From Magallana gigas (taxonomy: Eukaryota): a DNA stretch of 64,000 bases. The translations under genes were made by a program, and so were the position numbers. The stretch is from positions 36,642,001 through 36,706,000 of the forward strand of contig NC_088859.1 in the NCBI RefSeq assembly GCF_963853765.1. The letters run 5' to 3'. Under the pieces are notes generated by a model that saw only the letters and a list, made by a program, of their open reading frames with translations, was not told the origin of the DNA and ran no database searches. Within the stretch, counting starts at the first letter, position 1, and each line of letters opens with the position of its first letter. Shown here piece after piece: positions 49,324 through 61,668 of this stretch.

Positions 49324-52300
49324 TGTCAAGATTTTTTGGATGAGTCTGGCCCCCTCACTTTCAAAAACGATGCTACGTGCCTGAAATGCAAGTGAAATTG
49401 GTTTGTTGGTGAATGTCCTTGGATCATAGATCAAATGTAGCGGTAGGCAAAATTTGTCTATGATGTCCATTTCTTTCATTATGTCTTTATCCCCAATGAT
49501 TTATTCCCTTCGGATAACATAAATCAATCTATCAATTTTTTGACATATTTGCTACAGCCAAGTTCAATATACATGTAAAGATACCCAAAGTCATCCTTGG
49601 AAACATACGACCAGTCTCACAAACTCTTACTCAGTACAGGTCTTCGAGATCAGCTGTGAGTTTCTGACGTTGACTTAAGACAACTGTCTGAATATCTTAA
49701 GATCATTAATTATCTTTTCTTAAGATTACTAGTTTATGTATTGCTTTGTGAAACCTGTAATAAATTGCATAGAAGGAGCGTTATCTTGCCACCGAGGTGT
49801 GTTTGCCTTTCCTTGTATGTGATGAAGGTGAAACCCCGGTTAATCATCGCTTTAATCATCGATTTATTAATATGCTATAATTACAATTTATATCATAGCC
49901 AACCTTGCCTTACATATCTAGATCTTTAAAAACCGAAACTTAGACTAATCATTCGACTATTCCTACTGTTTAATCAGAGTGTGTGGAAATCCTCTACTTT
50001 CTTCCTCTTTCTCTCACTCTTTATACTTACATTAAGTTCACCTTTCTCTCACTCTCTACTTACATTAAGTAGACCATACACAAAGGGGTTGTAACAAGAG
50101 TTGCTCATTGCCAACCAGTTGCTACAGAACCATATGATATGGATATTTTCATAGCTGAAAAAAAATAGGACAAGAACAATAGTATTACTCCATATACATT
50201 TTATTGGAAGTATTGAAATGAAACAGTCATAAAAGTTGGCAAAAGTGAGCAAAATTCTGTATCAAGACAAGAATACTGAGATAGATTCGTTACCTGTTGA
50301 TAGCAGGGTGTATTTGGGAAAGAACCTGGTAAACGTGCAATGGCAACCAGCAAATGACGAACAGGCAGACCACAATGATCAACATTTTCACAACCTAGAT
50401 GATAATATTATCAAATAATTACTTACAAATATCAAAATGCTCTGTGAATAAAGAATATCATTTATCGGAACAAAGCAATTGCAAGTGCTACCAGACATTA
50501 ATGAAATAGACACCAATTAATTATACTTAAAAAATACCCTTTTTTAACTTCATTACACTCTTTGACTATTGAAAAAGGTTCACACAATAAGGTGACAACA
50601 AACTAGAGATTTTGCAATCTTGTAATAAAAAAGATTTAGAAGATCAGTTCCAGTTTAGAGTATAAAGTGGAAATCATTTTCTAAATCTTTTTTATTAAAA
50701 AGGACACATGAGTATAAATGTGTCATGTGTGTGTGTCATGTGTTCTTTTTACGCTGAATTACAAAAAAAAATATATGAAGAGTTTTTGTTACAAGAAACC
50801 AAGTGATTTTAAGTAAGTTAAACTTTTAAGTGTTAACAATACAAAGGAAATCAATAATTTAGGTGATAATTTGTCTAGCGCTCGGCATTGTTACGATACT
50901 TTAGTTTAAGCTTCAAAGCATACATATATTATGTCAATTTTTATTTTATGTTGTGTGCATGATTTTTTTCATACGTCCAATCACCTACTTCACATTGCAA
51001 ATTAATATTGTAACATTTTTTTGTATTCTGAGGAGTTGTACAACTCAATGACAATAAATTGAATTGAATTGACAGTTAAAGTGGACTATAATTACCTTAT
51101 TACCTTACTTAAAATTGAATTGAATGCATCACAAACTTGAGTACTAAGAAAACTAGAAATAAAGTTAACAAAGCATATAATTATTTCATTGATTGATCAT
51201 ATATCGGGTATAAAGGTAACGAGGCATGCAATTAACTACATGATATTCGTTAATTAATAATTCAATACAGCTAGGGAGCACTGAACTTGCTTTTGAACGT
51301 ACCCCAACACCACATTTCTTTTCCAAAGCAACGCGTTTCCACCACTTTTTAAAACTTTTTAAACTACCTTGTTTAACCCAAATGCTACTGCATATGAGAA
51401 TTCTATAGTAATGGAAATTTAAAGATGTTTTGAACAATAGTCCTCATGGCCCCCAACACACACCATATCTTGAAAATAATTATTTTTAACCTATTGCAAA
51501 TTAACCGCTTCTCTTTAAACATTTTTAAGAGAGACATAAACAATTTGTTAAAAAGTAAAATCTATGTCATAAGTTTTTAAAGCAATGAACAACATCGAGT
51601 TTAACTTTTAGCCTTTACAAATATTATTCTGTATTCTTTACAAGGTAGTTTGGAAAAATATCATGAGTGTATACACACACTTTTGAAAGTTTTAGTGCTA
51701 AAAGATACAATACATATTTAAGGAATTTCCCAAATTCGCTGGTATTTTTGTTATAAGCAACGTAAATGTACGCCAATCAAATGTCGCAGACAAGTACCCT
51801 TAATCAACGGGCTAGACAAATGGAGCATTAAGCAAAGATAGATTTCCCTTGTTTAAACTACATGATGAATCTTTCATCGATTCGATTCCATTCTTTTTAC
51901 ATTTGATTTTTGTGATTCCGTTCGAAAATTAGGAACGTGTCAGTCTTATAATGCACAAAGATCCAAACTACTCACAGAGGAGACACATAATTACAATAAA
52001 GAAAATGGTCAAGGATTTTGTATTCATTTAAGAAGCTTTGAACGATGTTTGTTTTTGCGAGTATTCTGTTTAGCCAGCAATGTATTCTGTAATAAGTTCT
52101 ATTTTCATGACTATTCTTAATCAAGAGTATTAATCAAAATCGAACTTAATACTAAATCATTACACATGTACATAATAAGATCGTCAGACAATCCCTTTAA
52201 GCTATGAGATACCGGACGACAAAGTCATTGATGTCTTCCATAATATTTTAGCATTAGCAGAAACAGACGAAGATTGATGACTTGTCGTCTGCTCTGATTA

Positions 52301-54563
52301 AATCTGAGCCTGAATTCTTGGAGATGCAACAAAGATATTGGAACAGCCAATGAAACTGAACACAAAGTTGTCTACTGTCCAGTAAAAAGAATAGCCACCA
52401 AATAACACAGAACAGAGAGTAGCTACTGCACAGTAAAAGGAACAATCATTTTGTTTAATTTGATTTTGTATGAGAGATTTATATCATAAAATTTAAAACT
52501 AATTAATTATTAAGAGATCTATCGAGGATTACTGAAATTACAATAAATTAGTTATCATTGATTTCATATTTTCTGCAAATACAATGTAATACAGAACGTG
52601 CTAAATGATGAGAAAATTAAAACATAAAATATTTTGGGTACATTTAATACAACAGTTATTTGTGTTCTGTACAAGAAATATAGTCATAAATCACATTTAG
52701 AATAGGGAAGGGGGTTGGTGTTATCGAAGTCGGCATTGATTGGTTTGTGTTTTTAATTCGGCTTTAACAAGATACTTAAGACCATGAAACCCATCTAATG
52801 CTGTTTAATTTCCGCGAGACATGCGGTAGTGTCAGAGACGTAGCGGTAAGGAACATCCATTGCTTAACTCTATCATGTCTTCTCTCTGTTCCGTCGATCC
52901 TTCTACGGTGCTTTAGATGAACGTCCTTAACATCCCTTGCATATATAAATATTTAAATAATCTACAGAAAGTTTTGTTGCTTATTTTTCAAATGGGGTGA
53001 TGGCCAAATGTCCTATAACCCGTGAATGCTTCTTGTGGTACAGTAATTATCTAATGACTCTACAAACCTTTTGGATATGATGCAATATCATTCATTTTGC
53101 ATCGTTTCATTGCATTCAGAGTTGCATTCTGACATGATCTCGACATATCCCGTCATCCGAACTCTGTTAGTTTAATTGGAGTACTAGTTTGTTAAAAAGG
53201 CTCCTTCTGTTCCATTTACTAGATGAGCAAGTCTAGCCAAACTTTGGAAAATAATTATAAGCTCATGTTTCAAACAAAGCTTCATTTTGTTACTCGAGAC
53301 CAATGAACCAAAGCTTTTATCAAATTAATGGAGAAAGTTTAGAAAAATTTCTACAATTTTGTTTATATTCGTTTTCAGTGAAGAAAAACATGAATTGTTA
53401 TATTGTATTCAGTATATTGTCCTCTACTGGTACCTGTTTAGGTTGGATTTGTTTCCCTTACCCCGAGAGTTTAGTACGTGTATATGACAGCAACCATCTA
53501 TCCATTCGATAGTACTGATATGCACATTATATTATATGCAAAAAAATTCGTTAGACGCATTCCTTTAAATTTAACACATACATGCACAAGTTATTTCTTT
53601 TACCTGAATCTAAATAAAATACAGATCTACTAGGATTAAATAGATTAAAATGTTGTGAATTTCCGATATATTTTTTCTGCTTTCTTATTTATAAAATCAC
53701 CACCTTATTACTGTACGTGAACGCCTTTGACTATATTTTTATATTAAACTTGGTTTTCATTGATTGAAAGATTTTTTTCTCACCTTCTTACGGTTTCTGA
53801 TTCTTGTGGTTTCCTGGCCTTCTAATTGCTGTCCAGGCGCTTTTGTTCCCCATATTTTAAACACAATGCGAAAATATGTAAAGTTTATGACCAAAAGAGG
53901 CAGAAAGTACTGCATAAGTGACAAGTAATACACGTGGACACTCATAAACATTTTGGATGGGTAGGCATGTGCACAAAAAGGCATCGTTTGATTTTTGAAT
54001 TGGATATCAGGAATATCAATAACTTCGAAGAAAAGCAAATTTGGAAGACTAGAGATGATGCCAAATAACCAAGTATTAACAAGCACAAATGTGGCAACTT
54101 TCATTTTTATGCCTGCTTTAAGGGGGCGCATTACAGCAATGTATCTGTCAATGGCTATGATTGTAAGTGTGAATACGGACACACAAACAGTCAGGTTTTT
54201 TATGAAAGGAGCGACAGGACATAGAAAATATGGCACGACCCACCGTTGCAGCAAAGCGGCCTGAAACTGAAAGGGTATGGAGAAAATCCCAATGAGAACG
54301 TCACCTAAGGCAAGGTTCGCAATGAAGATGTTCGTAATTGACTGCATGTTCTTGTTTTTCAAAATCACAATGATGACAAGCAAGTTTCCAAAAACGGCTA
54401 AAATGGAAATTAATCCATACAAAACAGCCAAAAGTGACAATACACCAACAGGAACTTGAAATGGACTCTCCATATTTTCCATTTGATTGGCAGTCAAGTT
54501 TGAAATATTATTCACAAACATATCAAAAGATGTATCATTGTTGTTTACACAGTTTATATCCAT
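48005..54563 (-). CDS. Lkr: Neuropeptide GPCR, leucokinin/lymnokinin receptor-like, about 400 aa
   Basis: Exons 54563-53784, 50394-50294, 50154-50064, 48235-48005 (1203 nt). Class A motifs GN (TM1), NLALGD, DRY, CWLP and NPFVY. Family signatures PFQFQAALLQRW, WLAMSNSCYNPF and SKFKRE match the Drosophila Lkr / Lymnaea lymnokinin receptor pattern as I recall it. Confidence 0.85.
49032..49383. mobile_element. G/C-tract MITE with 5-bp TSD in GPCR intron 3
   Basis: Perfect 15-bp TIR CAGGCACGTAGCATC / GATGCTACGTGCCTG; AAATG duplicated at 49027-31 and 49384-88. Confidence 0.85.
50880..51072 (+). mobile_element. Possible LINE 3'-end remnant
   Basis: AATAAA followed by a (TTGAA)n tail at 51053-51072; no coding remnant; left boundary is a guess. 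Confidence 0.3.
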
Positions 54564-55807
54564 TATCAAAAAGAACAAGTTAAACTGTCTATCTTCCTTT
54601 GGGCCAATACGTTGTTGTTTTTTTTATTATCGCTATCACTTTGCAGTGATTGGTTAAACCGAATGGGTCCAGATGATGAGCGATGCTCAGTATCAATTGA
54701 TTCTTGTTTTTTATCCTACACGTTGTGTGTACCGAGGCTATCCATTTAACACAGCAAGAGAAAAATATCTAAATGTACAATGTTCACTCAGATAAAAACA
54801 AAACAAAACAAGAAATGATCACTCGGGTGATAGAAATTTATATTTGTGCAATTGTCTTCTTTGTCAGTGTGAGCGAGCAGGTCATCATTCAGTTAGCCTT
54901 GGCAGTTAAACTCATTAGTCTCAGAACTGAAATTTGACTTTTTCAAAACCCTAGAACAAACGATTTCAAACTAATGAGATAAGCCACACATGCTTAATAT
55001 ACGAAACATGATACAACATAAAGGGATCTCTTCTTAGAATAGATAAATTGTAAGCATCACAATCTGCCATGCAGGCAATGTTGCGTATTTGAAGCCAGAT
55101 TGAGATTAAGAATGTATGTGTTGTATTCCTGAAATCTCGTCATAATAAACACCTATATAGACAATTTCCTTCGACATGTGATATGCAAAGAATTGGTAAA
55201 CAATGATAATTTCCGTACATTGACCGGATATGATTTATTAAATGATCCGAAAAATGATCTCTGTAACAAAGAAGTTATAAATGCGTCTTATCCATATATC
55301 AGCATTTTAAACAGAATATAACTTAAAAATATCATTTAGAATAAAAAAAACCCGAAGAAATCTAGGAATCTTGTAGGAGAGGTTCTTGTTTTTTGGTTAA
55401 CGTATTTTTAAAAGATATATTTTTAAAACAAAAATGCCAGTGATATAGTCAGTTGGGGGATTCGTATTTAAGTATGCATGTTGTGCATAGAATGAACATT
55501 CATGTGTTTACCCCCAATTGAAAGTTAAAAAAAACTTTTTCTTAGGAACATATTTTCAAGCAGATAAGATGATACAAATGAGAGAGATCTCCTCTTACAA
55601 AGGTATCTTAAGAAATAAGTCAGTCTTTATCATTTATCTAAATGTTTATCCATCATTGCCTTACTGAGACAGCCTTTAAGTAAAGGAATGTTTGAACAAG
55701 ACCTATAGTGAGAAAAGGAAGAAGGTTTCAAATCAATGTGCACATGATTCATTCATTTTTCGAGGTATAAGAGATATTTCACTTCTGGTTTTGGTGTTAT
55801 CTGAAAA

Positions 55808-57793
55808 ATGGATTACAAGCCGTTGGTATTCCTTGTCTTTATAAGTCTAGCTATCGCTAAAAAGGAAGAGAGGGGTAAGATACCATGTTCTCATAGTCCT
55901 ATTGGATAAAGTAGTGTCCATAGATAAAAAAAAAAGTAATTGAAATGGTATTGTTATGTTTTTCAAACGAAATTCTAAAATTAATTGATTTGAATATTCA
56001 GAAAAACAATCTGTTTACGCGTGAATTAAAAAAAAAGATTTAAATATTTTAAGAAATTTTCATAACAAAATCATCCGTAAAATGCCATTTCTTAATTCAG
56101 GTACTTTGAAAAACGTTTAAAAAAATGTATATATGTTATTACAAATGATAAGAATACTAAGTAGCAGAAATTTCCCTAATGGTTGTTTTCTTATGTAAAA
56201 TAAGATATCCGAATTATAACAAGTCATGCACTTGTAGAGGTAGTTCTCGACATCAACAAACTGAGTGCCTTTGTTGGGGAGACTGGTCTACAAATCCGAT
56301 GTCACGCCGATGGGAAGACAATCGTGGACCCAACATGGATGATCATCGAGTTCGCCGGGTTTCAGTCAAAACGCCCGATGTTGTACCTGTTCAAGAAAGG
56401 AGAGAGTGAGACCATTGAATGGGGCCAAGAATTCAATGTCACTCAGCTCCAGAGCCATATTGCTGTCACTGGTCAGCTAAAGGGATCCCAGTCCTTTCTA
56501 CAATTAGACTTCAGTCACGTAGCCTGTGGGGATGGCGGTCGGTACACGTGTTCATATGGAGGCCTCGACAAGCAGGGGAAACTCAGGAAGTTTTCCATGT
56601 CCGGGGATTTCATCGCTCAAAGTTTGTATTGTTTTATCTTAAAAGACGTCACGAGTGAAGGTAGACGCGGTGTCCCGTTAATCGCTATACACATGAAGTT
56701 ATACTGTATGCAACAAACAGGTGTTGATAAGTCATTCTAGACTGAACGGAAACACGGGAGTTGTCCCTTTTCAAAAGATATATATTGAATTGATGTGCAG
56801 CAAATTGAATGTTCCCAGTTAGATGTCAGTTATCAACCTTTGATTTACGTAGCTGTATTGATCACCTTCGATTCCGGTTTAATACTAAATAAAAAAAAGA
56901 ATGTGACCTTGTGATACTATTTATTACAGCAAAGAAATATCGTAATAACAATAATGAGTGAATAACAATTTCAGTAAATTAAAACTTCACCTGTAAAACA
57001 CTGATCATGACTATAGTCGTTGCTATCTCTCTGTAAGAATTATCCGATTGGTGCTAATTCATGGTAACCCATTCACGTTGAAGGTCGCGGCATGTGAAAT
57101 GGATTCCGGTTACTGACATGTTGTGTTTCTAATTCTTTTGTAGCTATTGATGGCGGGCCACCCCGGGTTACCGTTAATGACAAAGTTACCAAATCTTTCG
57201 AATCGCTCAAAGTATCTCCCGGCGAAAAAATTCACCTTGTTTGCGAAGGTGACGTGGGGAAACCACGCATTCCCGTGTTTTGGATTCTAGACGAAATTCC
57301 TAAACCTCAGAGAGTTTTAGACGAGAAAGACGGCGTAAAACAAGGTGAAAATCATCAGTAGCTTATCGAGAGAATTAGAGAATGTTGTATTGTAAGGGGA
57401 AGGGGAGGGGGGTAGAAAACGAGAGGAGTACAGCAAAAAAAGTACAATTTTTCTGATCCATATATTATCTTCATAATATTCCAAAACAATTCTTTGAATT
57501 ACCTAAGGGATTATATATACAAGTGCAATAGATAAATTGTCTTTGGCGTTAACATTTTTAACATGATCACATACTAGTGGCAATTGTGGTTTTTTTAAAC
57601 AGGTGTTGAACAATTGTTTTGGTTCTTTTACTTGTTAAAATTCGTTCTCTTTTCAGGTCTTTCGATCATACCAGATGATAACCTATGTTCGTTCAGATCA
57701 CGGGTACATCTTTACTACGAGATGAAGAATAGCATGGCCATAATAACGTGTAAAATAGCTTTCCGACAGGTCCATATTTTTCTTCACCCGTAA
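55808..57793 (+). CDS. Secreted two-Ig-domain protein (V-type + C2/I-type), about 262 aa
   Basis: Exons 55808-55874 (signal peptide MDYKPLVFLVFISLAIA), 56238-56621 (IRC...W...LQLDFSHVACGDGGRYTC), 57144-57344 (LVCEGDVGKP...FW), 57657-57793 (NLCSF...ITC, stop). All phase-1 junctions (789 nt). No TM segment in this model. Confidence 0.75.
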
Positions 57794-58333
57794 CTTATTT
57801 CTCAGCAAAGTCGACAGACTTTGGACAGTACTCGGATGGAGGCAGTAGATAATCTTATAACCAATTATCGAGACACTGATTGAGAAAACTGTGGCGGTTG
57901 TGAATTCTATTTAGAGTTTACAGTGGTTGAATTATTCCAAATATTGTAGCTGATGGATATCGGAAATAGATACCCGTTTTAATCAATCAATATTAAACAT
58001 ATAAATAATTACAGGTACTTTATTGATTCCTTCTTGCATTGTATCTGCATCGATCAATTTTTTTTGTCTTCAAGCTGTCGAGAGTGTCATTGAGGCAGAT
58101 CGTGAAACTCTTGATATTTTCGCAGTCCTTTCTTTATTTAAATTTTATAGCGAAAGAACTATTCTTAATTCACGTTATCCTATTGTAATTTATTAATTAA
58201 AACTTCGATTTCTATATACTCACAGATAAGATTTATTTTTTCTAAATGGAAGGGACCAATTATCTTTTTTTTAATTATTTTCACCAAAGATTCTCTTTTG
58301 AACGACAAAAGACACACATTAGGTAAAAATCTG

Positions 58334-58811
58334 TTAAAGGGGCATGGTCACGATTTTGGTCAAATATTATTTTTCCGATTTTAATATTTACAATGCTTCA
58401 GAAAGGCATTTTTAATAGGCAACCGAAATTTGAGTGTCATTTGTTGAGTTATAAGCGAGTTACAGAGCTTGAAATTCTTCGTTATGTAAACAAAGCCTTT
58501 GTTAACATTTTGAACGTTGAAGTAAAAATTTCAGTTTTAAACCTAAAACGAATGTATTAAACGTTAGGAACTGTTTATCTATGCTTAAAAAGATAGACAA
58601 ATAAGCTGGAAAAAGATTTTTTACTGGTATATTGAACCAATGTAAACAAAAAACAGGCTAGCCTTGTTTACATGACAAAGAATTAGCTTGCTTATAACTG
58701 TACGAGTGACTCTCAGATTTTATTTGATCATTAGAAATGCATTTCTAAAGCATTGTAAATAGTAAAAACATAGAATAGAATTAGACCAAAATCGTGACCA
58801 TGCCCCTTTAA
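58334..58811. mobile_element. TTAA-TSD MITE (Kolobok-like termini)
   Basis: TTAA-AGGGGCATGGTCACGATTTTGGTC...GACCAAAATCGTGACCATGCCCCT-TTAA; perfect 24-bp TIRs with RR..YY termini. Confidence 0.85.
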
Positions 58812-59049
58812 GTTGAAACAAACACATGATTAGAGTGTGTGACGTACTTTTCTACGAAAAAATATATTAATAAGGAATTTTAAAGCTTTATCAGTCTAAC
58901 ACTTAAAATAAAATTATTTGAATTCTGAGGGACAGTAATTGTACCTAACACTGATGTAAAAAGATTGGCAATTCATGTGTTCCTTAACGTCCTTCATAGG
59001 TGTATAAACAAACTGGAATATTAATATTGAACTATAAAAAACACCCGCT

Positions 59050-59210
59050 TCTCAACGCTGCGACCCGGGTTCGATCCCCAGTAGTGATCGACAGTAGTTG
59101 GGGGTCGCCCGCTTGGACACGTGGGTTTTTCCTCGGGCACTCCGGCTTCCTCGCACATCATTACCCTCTCGCACTAACATCCGTGTCAACGGGAGATATT
59201 GATTTAAGTC
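59050..59210 (+). mobile_element. 5'-truncated tRNA-derived SINE
   Basis: Pol III B box GGTTCGATCCC at 59068-78, then GTGGGTTTTTCCTCGGGCACTCCGGCTTCCTC, typical of metazoan SINE conserved domains. No A box. Confidence 0.7.
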
Positions 59211-60290
59211 CAGGATCCACGTCACCAAGTTTCCTCAAGTCAATACTCAGCCTTAAGTCTGATGTTTGACCCCAAATTCTTGGACTTTTCTTTTAAAAAC
59301 TTGAGAACTGAAGTATATTTTACTTGCATACCTCCTACTAAAACATACACTGCCAATTCATCGTTGATATTTCTATTTTTGTCTTCTTTGTACCCATTTT
59401 AATAACAAGTGTGATATTTAGTAATAGCATCAGATATAATGCTGTTAAGATGTGAAAATGTATGGGCTCTCTGCCTTAATTAACTGCGCTAGTAATGTCA
59501 TTTTAATTGGCGAACATGAAGTAAGAGTCAAGTCATGACGAGGAAAGAAATTACATTTTGTAAACTGTTTATTGGAATTGTAATAATATTACACAAGAAT
59601 GTAACACCAAATGTAGCTTAAATAATTTTTGAATGGGACATTTCCTCTTATTATATAAGTAAGTCATTCGACATGTAAATACGCTTCCAGTTGCAGTATG
59701 TGACCATATGGGATTTTAATGTACAGGTCTACCTTATAGCTAGATTGTGTTTGAAATGCAATAATAGCCGGGTAATTACGTCACTTTAGGCGGGGAAATT
59801 CCCCGCCTCCCGGGTCTTAGAGACAACCCCGGGCCAACTTGCGATACTCGATATCTTACTTTTTGCTAATTTGAAGGAAAACAATGAACCGAATGCGCGT
59901 GATGTCATGTATATTCCCTACAAAGTCAGAGCAAAAGTTTAGTTTAGTTAATTAGGCTAAGCACCAAAAACATACATGGTTTACTGGTGTAAATAAAATA
60001 TGAATAAATGAATAATCAATGTATACATTCATAAACGTACAAATACGCACTCATACCCGCCATAAACAGATATTGCTTAACACAAACATTTTCCGTTAAA
60101 TTTGTAAATATACAATATAGTTGAATTACAGTTTTAAAAAATTATTTTCAAGAAAAGCCCATATATTAATTACTTCTTATTTCTTGAACTAAGAGTAATT
60201 AAACAAGCTAGAAATTAACAAAATAATACAATATTTTCAGAAGTACTTTTCTTGGGATAGTAAAATGTAGACAAAAGCGTCATACAGATA

Positions 60291-60598
60291 TAAGGAATAA
60301 GGCATCATTCTTTGAGTATTATGAGGTGATAATTTTGGTCGGGGCGTGATCAAATCCCGAAGGGCTTTATGATAGATTTGATCACGCCCCGACCGAAATT
60401 ATCACCTCATAATATTCAAAGAATGATTCCTTATTACTTATATTTATATAATTTTAAGCAATCGTACGATTAAATATTTAATATAAATAAGCAAATCCCG
60501 CTGGCGCCTCAATTTGGCGTCATTTGTATTATAGGTTATATAGTACAAAATCGATATGTAGTGTTATCACAGGCAAAGACACTGGAAAATGTAAATAT
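60291..60598. mobile_element. Hairpin-ended non-autonomous element
   Basis: 61-bp arms (60296-60356 / 60375-60435, 3 mismatches) around a loop starting CCGAAGGG, followed by a ~160-bp tail. Right boundary approximate. Confidence 0.7.
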
Positions 60599-61668
60599 AC
60601 TTGTGTATGTTACATTTGGATAAACTTAAAAAGAGTTCCTTATTGCATAAAAAAAAACCAAAAATATCATGGAGTTTGTTTAACTTCAAAAGTTAAAAAG
60701 TTTTATAAAAGTTAAATGGCAACAGTTCCAATACACTATTATGATTTCTTACATTTCATAGAACATACTCTAATTCCTATAGCTGTGTTAACCCGCTGCC
60801 AATTAAACATAATGATATGAAGTGTCTGAATGGTGTATTTCTTACAGACATGGATTGTAGTTGACCTAATATGGTACAAACCTGCTCAGTATAGAACCTA
60901 TATGGAGATTTCAAAAGCTTCGTGGAATTTACTGACCATATATACCTAAATCATTTAAGGTCAACTGCAATATGTCTGAAAAAATTGACTTAAATCGATG
61001 AACAAACATCGATCATACCTTGGTTTTGGACTTGGAAACGCAGGACTTGTTGAGGTGGGACTGGCGTTTGTTTATACCATGGCCCCGGATGTAGTCACAG
61101 TCGGGCGTCCTCTGATCGGAGAACTAGAACCAATGCAATTTATCAAATGGTGATCCTGGGGGTGTTATTTGGACCAAAATATTAATATAGCGGTCACATG
61201 ACATGCAAGAAAGTGTTGATAAAGCTTCCAGTTTCCACCTAAATTACTTCATAAGATTAAAAATGGATCTGAAAAATACACATACAATTCGACGAAATAA
61301 TAAATCTTAGCACACTTTCGCTCCAAATATCTTTCCAAAAAGATGACATATAATTATTCGTAATACAGTAGATGCTGTGTTAGTGTAAACATTAGTCTAG
61401 TTTATCAGAATGTTTTGGCCGCCCATTCAATATCAAGGGATTTACACCTTGTAAGCATTTAACCCCCTTAATTAGGAAGTGATTACGTTTTCGTGACTTT
61501 GCGAACAATCTCTTAACCTGCATACCCTGACTTAGATTACGAAAGTTTGAGAACTAGGTCCTCCATTTTTTGCTATTCATCATCAATCATAAAACATGGT
61601 CCTCTCGGTGTAAACTGTTATACAACGCCACAATAACACATGTACCGATAAGGCCAGTTTCAGTGACA

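Noticed and set aside
52202-52350. Exon-like plus-strand frames in GPCR intron 1 (YEIPDDKVIDVFHNIL…; QKQTKIDDLSS…)
   Set aside because: Short, no recognisable domain, and no compatible upstream exons found.
58018-58122. Minus-strand Cys-containing frame (DCENIKSFTICLND…)
   Set aside because: Poor acceptor context and no linked exons.
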